A stretch of 61,854 bases of DNA from an uncultured Alphaproteobacteria bacterium (GTDB lineage: Bacteria; Pseudomonadota; Alphaproteobacteria; GCA-002720895). The notes beneath the pieces were generated by a model. It did no database searches. It saw only the letters and a list, made by a program, of their open reading frames with translations, and was not told the origin of the DNA. Made by a program: the position numbers and the translations under genes. Where the stretch lies: positions 1 to 61,854 of the forward strand of contig CACLKH010000004.1 in NCBI GenBank assembly GCA_902607475.1. Reading direction: 5' to 3'. The stretch's first letter is position 1. Every line of letters starts with the position of its first letter. Shown one piece after another: positions 31,322-42,199 of this stretch.

Positions 31322-31753
31322 ATGAATAAAGTTAAGTTTAATCCACAACTAAGTCCCAAAGAAATGTTAAAATTAGGTGTTTTTGGAGGTTATTATTTTG
31401 AAGGAATACATAGCGAATATCCAAAAGATTGGTTTAAAGACGCCAAACTTAGTAACGCCGGATATAATATTAATTTAAATTGCTTTAAAATTAATTCTGG
31501 TTTATCACGGAATGAATGGATAGAAAGAGGCTGGATTACTAAAGAAGATCCTCTTGGCTGGTTTCAATGGTACTGTAGATATACAATGGGAAGAAGAATA
31601 CCAAATATAGATAATATTCAAATTAAACGCTGGAAAGCATTTGGACCAAGACATATAGGAGGTATAAAAGCAAACTGTGAACCAGGAAATATTGATTGCC
31701 GTCCTAGACAAAGACAAGCTTTGTTACATTGGGCATATGATCCGTTTATATAG
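31322..31753 (+). CDS. conserved-looking hypothetical protein (Trp/Arg-rich, no family named)
   Basis: Start moved to MNKVKFNPQ... because the tracked ORF start (31256) would read through the terminator hairpin. 143 aa. Confidence 0.55.
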   Translation: MNKVKFNPQLSPKEMLKLGVFGGYYFEGIHSEYPKDWFKDAKLSNAGYNINLNCFKINSGLSRNEWIERGWITKEDPLGWFQWYCRYTMGRRIPNIDNIQIKRWKAFGPRHIGGIKANCEPGNIDCRPRQRQALLHWAYDPFI

Positions 31754-33413
31754 TTTTATGTAAAAAATTTATTAATTTTAAAAAACTTTTTCTATTAGGA
31801 TTAGAGCTCACATAATATTTTTTAAAGTTGTTTTTTTTTGCAATTTGTTCAATAGAATTGCTTAAACTAATACATTCAATATTCATTAAATATCTTTGTA
31901 ATTTATATTTTAAAATCAGTTGATTAAAAGTAATTGCTGTTTTCTTAGAAAAAAAAGTTACAAAATTTAATTTATTTAATCTTATAAGATCTAGAATTGG
32001 CTTTTGAATAGTTTTTATTTTTTTAGATTCATAAATAACAATTTTTTTTACATAAATCTTTTTCGATTTTAAAATTAGAGGTAAATTTACTGCAGTTTGT
32101 TTAGCAGATATATAAACTAATTTTTTCGATCTATCTTTAATTTTTTTTGTAATTAAATTAATCAGAACATTAACATTTCCGTCAGAAGAAGAAACATTTT
32201 TAATATTATTTTTTAAACAAGCAGCTTTTGTATCATCTCCCACACAAAAAACTTTATTTGGAAAAGAATTTAAATAATTCCTAGAAATATTAACTGCATT
32301 AGCACTGCTAAAAATTATAGCATCAGCAACTTTAATTTCTTTAATTTGACTCTTACTTAATTTAATAGGCTTTATTTTTAACATTGGACAATTGAAAAAA
32401 TTAAAATTTTTTAAATTTATATTTTTTTTTAATTCATTTGATTGTTTTATAGAGCGTGTTAAAAGAAATGTTAATTTTTTAGGAAATTTAATTTTTTTTA
32501 AAAAATTCTTTCCCAGCTTTTTTTTTAAAATATGTGCAACTCTAATACCTAAAATTTCAGATTTATTAAATTTTTCTCTAGATTTGTAAACAAACATTCC
32601 ATTCTTACCTGGAACTGTTACTGAAAAAAATACATAATTATTAATTATTTTTGCATAGGCACCAACTGGACTATCACAATCTGCATTAATTTTTTCAAGA
32701 AATTTTCTTTCTGTTTTAACTTCAATTTCAGTTTTATTATTATTAATGTTTTTTATTAACTTATTGATAACACTATCTTTTTTTCTTACTGTAACTGCTA
32801 TCGCTCCTTGCCCTCCCGCAGGTATAAATTTAGTAATATTTAGTACATTTTTATTTTTATAACTGAGACCCAATCTTTTTAAACCGGCTAAAGCAAGAAT
32901 AATTGCATCATATTTATTTGTTTTTAATTTTCTTATTCTTGTTTCAACGTTTCCTCGCATATATTCTATTTTAAGATCAGGTCTTATATTGTGTATTTGA
33001 GTTTTTCTTCTAATAGAAGATGTGCCGATAGTTAAATTCTGCGGTAGTGTATCAAATGTGTAATTTTTTTTACTGAGTAAAATATCTCTTGGATCTTCTC
33101 TTTTTAAAAAAGCAGCAATTGAAATATTATTACCAATCTTAGAAGGAATATCTTTTGCAGAATGAACTGCTAAATCAATTTTTTTTTTTAATAATAGATC
33201 ATCAATTTTTTTTGTAAAAAAACCTTTATAACCAGAATTTAAAATTTTTGACTTATCAATATCGCCTTTAGTTTTAACTTTAATAATTTTAAAAGAAAAT
33301 TTTTTTTTTATTTGAGGTAAATTTTCAAGTTCTTTTACAACTAACTTTGTTTGTTTTAAAGCCAATTTACTTGATCTAGTTCCAATTTTTAATTGTGTAA
33401 TTGTATTAAGCAT
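31746..33413 (-). CDS. hemC: fused porphobilinogen deaminase / uroporphyrinogen-III synthase (HemC-HemD)
   Basis: 555 aa. Residues 1-~305 are HemC (KIGTRSSKLALKQT, cofactor Cys in DCDSPVGAY). Residues ~315-555 have the HemD pattern (LLTRS..Q...L...L...FN.PMLKI.P, AIIFSSANAV). Confidence 0.85.
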   Translation of the reverse strand: MLNTITQLKIGTRSSKLALKQTKLVVKELENLPQIKKKFSFKIIKVKTKGDIDKSKILNSGYKGFFTKKIDDLLLKKKIDLAVHSAKDIPSKIGNNISIAAFLKREDPRDILLSKKNYTFDTLPQNLTIGTSSIRRKTQIHNIRPDLKIEYMRGNVETRIRKLKTNKYDAIILALAGLKRLGLSYKNKNVLNITKFIPAGGQGAIAVTVRKKDSVINKLIKNINNNKTEIEVKTERKFLEKINADCDSPVGAYAKIINNYVFFSVTVPGKNGMFVYKSREKFNKSEILGIRVAHILKKKLGKNFLKKIKFPKKLTFLLTRSIKQSNELKKNINLKNFNFFNCPMLKIKPIKLSKSQIKEIKVADAIIFSSANAVNISRNYLNSFPNKVFCVGDDTKAACLKNNIKNVSSSDGNVNVLINLITKKIKDRSKKLVYISAKQTAVNLPLILKSKKIYVKKIVIYESKKIKTIQKPILDLIRLNKLNFVTFFSKKTAITFNQLILKYKLQRYLMNIECISLSNSIEQIAKKNNFKKYYVSSNPNRKSFLKLINFLHKTI

Positions 33414-33474
33414 TTAATTTATATAAATTAGTGTGAATTAAATAGATTTTAATTATAACTAATGTTTTTTTATT

Positions 33475-34494
33475 ATGATAGTTCTTGGTATTGAAACAAG
33501 CTGTGATGAAACAGCAGCTTCTGTGATAGAAGCAAAAAATAAAAAAAAAAAAATCTTATCAAATATTTTATATTCTCAATTTAAAGAGCATAAAGATTAT
33601 GGTGGTGTTGTGCCAGAAATTGCTTTTAGAGAACATTTAAAACTTATTGATAAAATAATTTTAAGAGCTTTAAAAAAAGCAAAAAAAGAATTTAAAGAAA
33701 TAGATGTTATCGCTTCAACAGGGGGCCCTGGTTTACATGGAGGTTTATTAATTGGAACAACGATTGCAAAAGCTATTTCATTATCTATTGATAAACCTTT
33801 CATGCCCATAAATCATTTAGAAGGTCATATATTATCTCCAAGAATAGAGTATGATTTATCATTTCCATATTTAGTGCTTTTAGTAACAGGTGGACATACA
33901 ATGCTCGTTATTGCACATACAATTGGAAAATATGAAATACTTGGAATGACTCTTGATGATGCTCTTGGGGAAGCGTTTGATAAAACAGCAAAGTTACTTA
34001 ATATTGGTTTTCCCGGCGGTCCGCAAATTGAAAAACTAGCAAAAAAAGGCAGTCCTTCAATTGAACTCCCTCAACCTTTAATTCATTCTAATGATTGTAA
34101 TTTTTCCTTTTCAGGATTAAAAACAAGTGTTTTAAGAATAGTAAATTCAAAAAAAAATAAATCTAATAAATTTAAATCAGACATCTGTTGTAGTTTTCAA
34201 TATACAATTTTAAATATAATAAAAAAAAAATGTGAATTAGGGCTACAAATATTCAAAAAAAAATATCCAAACAAGAAAAAAAAAATTATTGTAGTCGGTG
34301 GGGTTGCATCTAATAATTTCTTAAGAAAAAATTTAGAAAAATTTGCTATTACAAATAATTCTAATTTATTTATACCTGCAAAAAATTTATGTACGGATAA
34401 TGCGGCTATGATTGCTTGGGTAGCTGTAGAAAAATTTAGAAAAAATAAACAAAATAATTTTAATTTTCAACCTTTACCAAATTGGCTTATTTAA
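33475..34494 (+). CDS. tsaD: tRNA N6-adenosine threonylcarbamoyltransferase TsaD
   Basis: 339 aa. LGIETSCDETA, HLEGHI, VVGGVASN motifs. Confidence 0.95.
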   Translation: MIVLGIETSCDETAASVIEAKNKKKKILSNILYSQFKEHKDYGGVVPEIAFREHLKLIDKIILRALKKAKKEFKEIDVIASTGGPGLHGGLLIGTTIAKAISLSIDKPFMPINHLEGHILSPRIEYDLSFPYLVLLVTGGHTMLVIAHTIGKYEILGMTLDDALGEAFDKTAKLLNIGFPGGPQIEKLAKKGSPSIELPQPLIHSNDCNFSFSGLKTSVLRIVNSKKNKSNKFKSDICCSFQYTILNIIKKKCELGLQIFKKKYPNKKKKIIVVGGVASNNFLRKNLEKFAITNNSNLFIPAKNLCTDNAAMIAWVAVEKFRKNKQNNFNFQPLPNWLI

Positions 34495-34528
34495 TGTATA
34501 ATTAGCATATTTTCTAGTAACTATTGAA

Positions 34529-34945
34529 ATGGGATATTGGCTTATAAAATCAGAACCAAGCAAAAAAATGTGGGTTACAATTCAAAAAAAAGGTGCCAGA
34601 GGTTGTTTTTGGAAAAGAGTAAGAAATTATCAAGCTAGGAACTATATGAAACAAATGAAAAAAGGAGACCAATGTTTTTTTTACCATTCTGTAGATGAAA
34701 AACAAATTATAGGAATAGTTGAAGTAACTAAAGAATATTATCCTGATGAAACAGATGATTCAGGTAGATTTGTTTTAGTAGATGTTAAAACAAAAAAAAA
34801 ATTAAAAAAACCTGTCACTTTAAAGGAAATTAAATCAAATCCTAGTTTATCTAATTTAGCATTGGTCAAACAATCACGCTTATCTGTAATGCCAGTTGAT
34901 CAAAAATCATGGAAAATAATATCTGAATCGGGTAAGTGTAATTAA
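34529..34945 (+). CDS. EVE (PUA-like) domain protein
   Basis: 138 aa. [10 protein letters not shown] start and GDQCFFYHS motif. Confidence 0.8.
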   Translation: MGYWLIKSEPSKKMWVTIQKKGARGCFWKRVRNYQARNYMKQMKKGDQCFFYHSVDEKQIIGIVEVTKEYYPDETDDSGRFVLVDVKTKKKLKKPVTLKEIKSNPSLSNLALVKQSRLSVMPVDQKSWKIISESGKCN

Positions 34946-36885
34946 TGAATAAAATTTTCAAAGCTGATAGTTTTGAATCACATTTGAGAAATACAAAACT
35001 AAATAAAGAAAAATACGAAGAATTATATAAAGAATCTATAGAAAATAATGATGATTTTTGGAATAAAATAGCTCAAAGGATAACTTGGAAAAAAAAATAC
35101 GAAAAAGTAAAAGAAGTAAATTACTACGATAAAGTATCAATTAAATGGTATTTAAAAGGAGAATTAAATGCCTGTTATAATTGTCTTGATAGGAATCTTC
35201 CAAAAAGAGGAGATAAAGTTGCGATTATTTGGGAAGGAGATGACCCAAATGAATCTAAAAAAATTACTTATAAAGAATTATATGTTGAAGTTTGCAAATT
35301 TTCTAATGCATTAAAAAGTGCAGACGTAAAAAAAGGTGATGTTGTTACAATATATATGCCGATGATTCCAGAAGCTGCTGTTGCAATGCTAGCATGTGCA
35401 AGAATAGGAGCTGTTCATTCTGTAGTTTTTGGAGGATTTTCAGCTGATTCTCTTGCAGATAGAATAAACGATTGTGATTCTAATTTAATTATAACTGCAG
35501 ATTTTGGAATTAGAGGAGGAAAAAAAATACCTCTTAAAGAAAATGCTGATAAAGCTTCTGAAAAAGCTTCCTGTTTGAAAAAAATAATAGTAGTAAAAAA
35601 AACAGATGACAAAATACCGTGGAATGAAGAAAAAGATTTTTGGTATCATGAACTCATGAAAGAGGCATCAGATATGTCAACTCCGGAAAATATGAATTCA
35701 GAAGATCCTTTATTTATTTTATATACTTCTGGTTCTACTGGTAAACCAAAAGGAGTTCTTCACACAACAGGAGGATATATTGTTTATGCTTCATTTACTC
35801 ATGAATATATTTTTGATATTAAGGAAGATGATATCTACTGGTGTACAGCTGATGTTGGTTGGGTAACAGGACATAGTTACATTATTTATGGCCCATTAGC
35901 GAACGGTACAACAACTTTAATGTTTGAAGGTGTTCCAAATTTTCCAGATACATCTAGATTTTGGCAAGTAGTTGATAAACACAAAGTTAATATTTTTTAT
36001 ACAGCTCCTACAGCAATAAGAGCATTGATGAAAGAAGGAGAAGAACCTTTAAAAAAAACTAATAGGGATTCTTTAAGAATTCTTGGAACAGTGGGAGAAC
36101 CAATAAATCCTGAAGCCTGGATGTGGTATTATGACCATGTAGGAAAAGGTAAATGTCCAATTGTTGATACATGGTGGCAAACAGAAACAGGCGGGATTCT
36201 AATTACTCCTCTTCCAGGCGTTACTGATCTTAAACCAGGCTCCGCTACTCTTCCTTTTTTTGGTATAAAACCAGAAATTGTAGATAAAGAAGGTAAGGTC
36301 TTAGAAGGAGAGTGTGAAGGAAATTTATGTTTATCTGCTTCTTGGCCTGGACAAATGAGAACAGTTTATAAAGATCATGAAAGATTCAAAGATACTTACT
36401 TTTCAGCATTTAATGGTAAATATTTTACAGGTGATGGATGCAGAAGAGACAAAGATGGGTACTATTGGATAACTGGTAGGGTAGACGATATTATTATAGT
36501 TGCAGGCCATAACTTAGGAACTGCAGAAATAGAAAGTGCATTAGTTGGGCATGAAAGTGTAGCAGAAGCTGCTGTTGTTGGATATCCACATGATATTAAA
36601 GGATGGGGTATTTATGCTTATGTAACTTTAAAAACAGGTTTTGAAGAATCAGATGAATTAAAAAAGGATTTAATAAATGAAGTAAGGAAAGTAGTTGGTC
36701 CTATTGCATCACCAGATTTAATTCAATGGGCTCCTGGATTACCAAAAACAAGATCAGGTAAAATAATGAGAAGAATTCTTAGAAAAATTGCTGCTGATGA
36801 AAGCGATCAATTAGGCGACGTTTCCACGCTTGCAGATCCTGCTGTTGTTGGTGATTTAGTTGGGTCTCGTTTAAACAAAAAATAA
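34945..36885 (+). CDS. acs: acetyl-CoA synthetase
   Basis: 646 aa. [14 protein letters not shown]-binding motif, [19 protein letters not shown]. Confidence 0.97.
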   Translation: MNKIFKADSFESHLRNTKLNKEKYEELYKESIENNDDFWNKIAQRITWKKKYEKVKEVNYYDKVSIKWYLKGELNACYNCLDRNLPKRGDKVAIIWEGDDPNESKKITYKELYVEVCKFSNALKSADVKKGDVVTIYMPMIPEAAVAMLACARIGAVHSVVFGGFSADSLADRINDCDSNLIITADFGIRGGKKIPLKENADKASEKASCLKKIIVVKKTDDKIPWNEEKDFWYHELMKEASDMSTPENMNSEDPLFILYTSGSTGKPKGVLHTTGGYIVYASFTHEYIFDIKEDDIYWCTADVGWVTGHSYIIYGPLANGTTTLMFEGVPNFPDTSRFWQVVDKHKVNIFYTAPTAIRALMKEGEEPLKKTNRDSLRILGTVGEPINPEAWMWYYDHVGKGKCPIVDTWWQTETGGILITPLPGVTDLKPGSATLPFFGIKPEIVDKEGKVLEGECEGNLCLSASWPGQMRTVYKDHERFKDTYFSAFNGKYFTGDGCRRDKDGYYWITGRVDDIIIVAGHNLGTAEIESALVGHESVAEAAVVGYPHDIKGWGIYAYVTLKTGFEESDELKKDLINEVRKVVGPIASPDLIQWAPGLPKTRSGKIMRRILRKIAADESDQLGDVSTLADPAVVGDLVGSRLNKK

Positions 36886-37008
36886 TTAAAAATCTATACA
36901 TCTTCCTTTAATTTCCCAATCACCATACCTTGTCGGATTTGGTTTCTTAATTTTTTTTTTTTGTTTAATATTATTTTTATATAATTTTTTTTTTGTAATT
37001 TTTTGCAT
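36886..37008 (-). CDS. DUF1674 / SDHAF4-like small protein
   Basis: Not in ORF track (40 aa). Hand translation: MQKITKKKLYKNNIKQKKKIKKPNPTRYGDWEIKGRCIDF. The C-terminal PTRYGDWExKGRCxDF is the signature of the DUF1674 family. Confidence 0.75.
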   Translation of the reverse strand: MQKITKKKLYKNNIKQKKKIKKPNPTRYGDWEIKGRCIDF

Positions 37009-37033
37009 ATTAATTGTAGAATAATATAATTCA

Positions 37034-37699
37034 GTGAAAAAAAAAATCAAAATAGCACCTTCCATATTAGCAAGTAATTTTTCATCACTAGGTGAGGAAA
37101 TTACTAATATTAGTAAAGCAGGAGCTGATTATATCCACTTTGATATAATGGATGGCCATTTTGTTCCAAACTTAACTTTTGGTCCTGATACAGTCAAATA
37201 TTTAAGAAAATATAGCAAAAAAACATTTGATGTTCATTTAATGATAAAACCAGTAGATAAATTTTTAATACCTTTTATAAAAGCTGGAGCTGATATAATT
37301 TCATTTCACCCTGAAACTGTAAAAAATGTTGATAAGACTATTAAAGTAATAAAATCATATAAAAAAAAAGTAGGATTAGTATTAAACCCAAATATTAAAG
37401 AAAATAAAATTTTTCCTTATTTGAACAAAATAGATTTAATACTTGTTATGAGTGTTTATCCTGGTTTTGGTGGTCAAAAATTTATGAAAAGCCAATTAAA
37501 AAAAATAGAAAAAATTAATGAAAAAATTAAAAAAGAAAAATTAAATATTGATATTGAAGTAGATGGAGGAGTTAATATAAGCAATGCAAAAAAAATAATG
37601 CAAGCAGGAGCAAATATTTTAGTTGCAGGCACTGCTTGTTTTAAGGGTGGAAAAAAATTCTATAAAAAAAATATACTAAACTTAAAAAAATCAAAATAA
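37034..37699 (+). CDS. rpe: ribulose-phosphate 3-epimerase
   Basis: 221 aa, GTG start. IAPSILASNF, HFDIMDGHFVPN, MSVYPGFGGQKF, VDGG. Confidence 0.95.
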   Translation: MKKKIKIAPSILASNFSSLGEEITNISKAGADYIHFDIMDGHFVPNLTFGPDTVKYLRKYSKKTFDVHLMIKPVDKFLIPFIKAGADIISFHPETVKNVDKTIKVIKSYKKKVGLVLNPNIKENKIFPYLNKIDLILVMSVYPGFGGQKFMKSQLKKIEKINEKIKKEKLNIDIEVDGGVNISNAKKIMQAGANILVAGTACFKGGKKFYKKNILNLKKSK

Positions 37700-37709
37700 A
37701 AAAAAAATT

Positions 37710-39311
37710 ATGACTTCAGTAAAAATTAGAAATTTTTATTTCGAAAGATTTGTTGAAAGGTTAAAAAAAACAAAATTTATAATTTCTAAGATTTTTTATA
37801 ACTCACCAATTTATGGCAAACTAAATTTTGATGAAATACCAAATTATACAGAAACTCCTATGCCTAATTTGTGGGAAGGAAATATCGAAAAAATAAAGAT
37901 TTTTTTAAAAAACAAGATACCAAGCAATAAAAAAACTGAGGATCCTTTCTTTTTTTATTTTCACTCTTTTGATTTTTTAAATGACCTTCAAGAAATTAGT
38001 AAGGAAAGCCTAAGAATATATGGACGCGAATTAACATCCTATTGGATTAAAAAAAATAGTTCTTGGAAATCAAATACATGGGAAGATTTTATACTTGCCA
38101 CGAGAATTTGCAATTGGATAAAAAATTTTAATTTTTTTTTTAGTACAGCAGATGAAGAATTTAAAAAAAATATTTTTAATTCAATATTAAAACAAGTTGA
38201 ACATTTAGTAAAAAATTTCTCAAATCTAAAAAGAAATTCAGATTTAATAAGAATAATTAAGGCATTAATATATACAAGTATATCTATTCCTAGTAAAAAA
38301 TATTATTATCAAATTGCAATTTTCAATTTAAGATCAGAATTGGCTAAACAGATTTTAAATGATGGTTGTCACTTTCAAAGAAATCCAAAAATTCATATTC
38401 AAGTTTTAATGGATCTTTTAGATATTAGATCAATATTAAATTCAACAAAAAAAATTGTTTTTTTTGATTTACAAAATTCAATTAAAAATATGTCGGTTGC
38501 TTGTCGCTTTTTTCTTCACAAAGACATTTCTTTAGCAAATTTTAATGGGACAGATAATGTTAATCAAAAAGAAATAAGAAATTTAATGGCCGAAATTCCA
38601 AAAATTAAAAAAAATCCTAGAGAATTAACTGAAAGTGGGTTCCAAAGAGTTGATACAAAAGATACAACTTTGATTGTAGATTGTGGTATCCCAAAAAATT
38701 ATAACGCAACTTACAAGGCACATTCGTGTTCAACTACATTTGAACTAAGCTATAAAAAAAATAAAATTATAATTAATTCATTACCAGGATTAGAAAAAAA
38801 AATAAATAGAAAAACGGCTGCTCATTCAACTTTAACTCTTAATAATGCCAATGCATATAAAATTCTTAAAAATGAACATTTATCAAGAGTACCAGATAAA
38901 ATGAACGTAAAAAGAATAGAAAGATATGGTGCCAATGTTATTGAAATAGAAAATTATGGTTATAAAAATCAATATGATGCTATACACAAAAGATTAATTT
39001 ATATAGATAATAAAGGTTTAGATATAAGAGGAGAGGATAATATTTATTGTCCAATGGAAATAAGTTTTGATATAAGATTTTATTTAGATTTAAATTTAAA
39101 AACATTAATCATAAATAATGGAAAAAATATTGTGCTAAGACTACCAAATGGTAGTGGGTGGAAATTTTCATCCTCTCTTGAAAAATTAGATATAGTATCA
39201 AATAGAAACATAAATATTAATAATCAACCAATAACAAATGAACACATTCATTTAACAGGTAAAATAAAAGAATTAATAACTGTAATTAAATGGTCATTAA
39301 AAAAATATTAA
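37710..39311 (+). CDS. heparinase II/III-family protein
   Basis: 533 aa. Size and position (between rpe and purH) match the alphaproteobacterial heparinase II/III-like gene. DGCHFQRNP and TAAHSTLTLNN-type motifs. Confidence 0.65.
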   Translation: MTSVKIRNFYFERFVERLKKTKFIISKIFYNSPIYGKLNFDEIPNYTETPMPNLWEGNIEKIKIFLKNKIPSNKKTEDPFFFYFHSFDFLNDLQEISKESLRIYGRELTSYWIKKNSSWKSNTWEDFILATRICNWIKNFNFFFSTADEEFKKNIFNSILKQVEHLVKNFSNLKRNSDLIRIIKALIYTSISIPSKKYYYQIAIFNLRSELAKQILNDGCHFQRNPKIHIQVLMDLLDIRSILNSTKKIVFFDLQNSIKNMSVACRFFLHKDISLANFNGTDNVNQKEIRNLMAEIPKIKKNPRELTESGFQRVDTKDTTLIVDCGIPKNYNATYKAHSCSTTFELSYKKNKIIINSLPGLEKKINRKTAAHSTLTLNNANAYKILKNEHLSRVPDKMNVKRIERYGANVIEIENYGYKNQYDAIHKRLIYIDNKGLDIRGEDNIYCPMEISFDIRFYLDLNLKTLIINNGKNIVLRLPNGSGWKFSSSLEKLDIVSNRNININNQPITNEHIHLTGKIKELITVIKWSLKKY

Positions 39312-39312
39312 T

Positions 39313-40278
39313 ATGGATAAATTATATTTTTTCTTAATATTTAGTTTTTTATTTATTTTGGTTGGGACAAAATATTTAAAAAATTTTTTAGAAAAAAAAA
39401 AAATTTTTGATATTCCAAATGAAAGAAGTAGTCATTTAAATCCTGTGCCGACTGGGGGAGGTTGGATTATAAACTTATGCATTGTAGGAATTATTTTTTT
39501 TTTAGATCCATATGATAAAATCCCCGCAATTATAACTATTCTCGGTTTAGCATTTATATCTTGGAAAAATGATATAAAAAATTTAAATATTGGAATTAGA
39601 TTGCTATTTCAAATCTTTTTCATTTCAATTTATTTTGCATATTTATACAATTTTGGTTTTTATAAAGAAAGTCAATTAGTTCATGTTCTTATTATAATAC
39701 TAATCTTTACTTGGTTTATTAATATCTTTAATTTCATGGATGGAATAGATGGAATTAGTGCAACAATGACCATAACAATTTGTATAGGCATAATTTTTGC
39801 ATATATATCAAATAATTCTGAATATTTTCCTTCATTCGAAATTTTAATTACATCAACTTGCTTAGCTTTTTTATATTGGAATTGGAAACCCGCAAAAATA
39901 TTTTTAGGAGATGTTGGAAGTATAGTTTTAGGTTTCGTATGCATATTATCTTTATATTGGCTATTCTTAGATGGAAATACATGGCATTGGGTCTTAAGTT
40001 TACCAATGTATTATGTGCTAGATACAACACTAACTTTAATAAATAGATTTATTAAAGGTAAAAAAATATGGCAAGCACACTCTGAACATTTCTACCAAAA
40101 AGCTGTCCAATCCGGTATGAATCATTCACAGGTAGTAAAATTAATTATAACATTACAAATAATCATAATTACAACCTGTTATTTTATAAAAGACCCTTAT
40201 TTAGTTGTCTTTTTAGCATTTATAGAAAGTTTAGGATTAATAATTTATTTCTCTTCAAAATATAAAAAGAGTACCTAA
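39313..40278 (+). CDS. glycosyltransferase family 4 (MraY/WecA-type polyprenyl-phosphate HexNAc-1-P transferase)
   Basis: 321 aa, about 10 TM. NFMDGIDG and FLGDVGS motifs. Confidence 0.85.
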   Translation: MDKLYFFLIFSFLFILVGTKYLKNFLEKKKIFDIPNERSSHLNPVPTGGGWIINLCIVGIIFFLDPYDKIPAIITILGLAFISWKNDIKNLNIGIRLLFQIFFISIYFAYLYNFGFYKESQLVHVLIIILIFTWFINIFNFMDGIDGISATMTITICIGIIFAYISNNSEYFPSFEILITSTCLAFLYWNWKPAKIFLGDVGSIVLGFVCILSLYWLFLDGNTWHWVLSLPMYYVLDTTLTLINRFIKGKKIWQAHSEHFYQKAVQSGMNHSQVVKLIITLQIIIITTCYFIKDPYLVVFLAFIESLGLIIYFSSKYKKST

Positions 40279-40288
40279 TATATAGTAC

Positions 40289-42199
40289 ATGTTTTCTTTT
40301 TTTAGAAATAAGGCCAATCTTGTTTATTTACATGACATTTTTATAACCGCTATATGTTTTAATTTATCAATTTTTCTTAGACTAGGTTCAGAATTTAATT
40401 CTATACCAAACTCTGTAATAGGATATGGAACTATACTAATAACAATCCTTGGGGCAATAGTTTATAGATTAACAGGGCTTTATAAAGGTATATGGAGATA
40501 TGCCTCAATTAATGATTTAACTAACATTGTAAAAGCATCCAGTATTACAATTGCTGTCTTTTTAATCTTAATGTTTGCAGTAACAAGATTGGAAAGTTTT
40601 CCAAGATCTGTTTTATTTATAAATTGGTTTGTTTTAGTAATGTCGCTATCTGGTTCAAGAGCTATTTACAGATTATACAAAGACAAAAAACTTTTTTTAA
40701 AATCTATTACAAAAAATGAAAATTCTATTCCTGTTCTTTTAGTTGGTGCCACTGATAGAGCAGAATTATTTATTAGAGAAATGAGTAGAAATAATAATCC
40801 TACCCATAAAATTATTGGTATTTTAGATATAAACAAAAATAAAGTTGGAAGATTTATTAGAGATATTGAAATATTAGGATCAGTTCAAGAAATTTCAAAA
40901 ATTATTGAAAAAATAGAAAAAAATAGTAAAAAAAGTAGGCCTCAAAAAATTATAATCGCAAGCAATGATCTTGAAGGAAATATTGTCAGAGATCTTTTAA
41001 CCTTTACTGATAAAACTGGGATATCGCTTGCAAGACTTCCTAAAATTACAGACTTAGAAAGTGATATTAATAACGAAAAATTAAAAGTTAAACCTATTGA
41101 TGTATTCGATTTATTATCAAGACCTCAAGCATTGTTAGATAGAAATGCAATGAAAAAATTTATTTTTAATAAAAAAATTTTAGTTTCTGGTGCGGGCGGA
41201 ACAATTGGATCAGAATTAGTTAATCAAATTATAAATTATAAGCCTAAAGAAATTATTCTTTTAGATAACTCTGAATTTCTTTTATATAAAATTGAAAAAG
41301 AAATTGAAGAAAAAAATATAAATATAAAAATCAACACATTATTAGCTGATATAAAAAATACTAAACGAATTGATAATATTTTTTATGATAATAAACCAGA
41401 TATAGTCTTTCATGCAGCCGCATTAAAACATGTTCCAATTGTTGAAAAAAATCCATTAGAAGGAATATTAACAAATATTTTAGGAACAATTAATATTGCT
41501 GAAAGTTGTAAAAAAAATAATGTTGCTGAAATGGTTTTAATTTCAACAGATAAAGCAGTAAATCCATTTAGCGTCATGGGAGTAACAAAAAGAATAAGTG
41601 AAAAATACTGTCAAAGTTTAACTGGTAGTTCTCAGACTAATTTCAAAATCGTAAGATTTGGTAATGTGCTAGGTTCAACAGGATCTGTAGTTCCTTTATT
41701 TCAAAAACAATTAGAAAAAGGTGGCCCTCTTACAGTTACACATCCTAAAATGAAAAGATATTTTATGACAGTAAGGGAAGCTGTTGAATTAGTTATTCAA
41801 TCTGCAACTTTAGAAAATAAAACTAAACAAGGGGAAATATTTGTTCTTGAAATGGGGCAACCAATTGCAATTGTTGAAATTGCGGAACAGTTAATTAGAT
41901 TAGCAGGTTTAAGACCAAATAAAGATATTAAAATAAATTTTACAGGTTTAAGACCTGGAGAAAAAATTTTAGAAGAATTGCACTATAAAAATGAAAAATT
42001 TTTAAAAACTAAAAATAAATCTATTTTTGTTGTTAAACCAAAAATAGAACCTTATGGAAAATTATCTAAATCTCTAGCAAATTTAATAGATTTAGCTAAA
42101 AACGGAAAACTAGAAGAATGTTATAAAATAATGTCAACTATAGTTCCTGAATATAAAAAAACAAAAGTTGAAAATTTACAAAACAAAAGAGTTGTCTAA
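40289..42199 (+). CDS. membrane-anchored nucleotide-sugar 4,6-dehydratase/epimerase (CapD/WbpM/PglF family)
   Basis: 636 aa. 4 N-terminal TM helices, then an SDR domain (VSGAGGTIGSEL, HAAALKHV, STDKAVNP). Confidence 0.88.
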   Translation: MFSFFRNKANLVYLHDIFITAICFNLSIFLRLGSEFNSIPNSVIGYGTILITILGAIVYRLTGLYKGIWRYASINDLTNIVKASSITIAVFLILMFAVTRLESFPRSVLFINWFVLVMSLSGSRAIYRLYKDKKLFLKSITKNENSIPVLLVGATDRAELFIREMSRNNNPTHKIIGILDINKNKVGRFIRDIEILGSVQEISKIIEKIEKNSKKSRPQKIIIASNDLEGNIVRDLLTFTDKTGISLARLPKITDLESDINNEKLKVKPIDVFDLLSRPQALLDRNAMKKFIFNKKILVSGAGGTIGSELVNQIINYKPKEIILLDNSEFLLYKIEKEIEEKNINIKINTLLADIKNTKRIDNIFYDNKPDIVFHAAALKHVPIVEKNPLEGILTNILGTINIAESCKKNNVAEMVLISTDKAVNPFSVMGVTKRISEKYCQSLTGSSQTNFKIVRFGNVLGSTGSVVPLFQKQLEKGGPLTVTHPKMKRYFMTVREAVELVIQSATLENKTKQGEIFVLEMGQPIAIVEIAEQLIRLAGLRPNKDIKINFTGLRPGEKILEELHYKNEKFLKTKNKSIFVVKPKIEPYGKLSKSLANLIDLAKNGKLEECYKIMSTIVPEYKKTKVENLQNKRVV

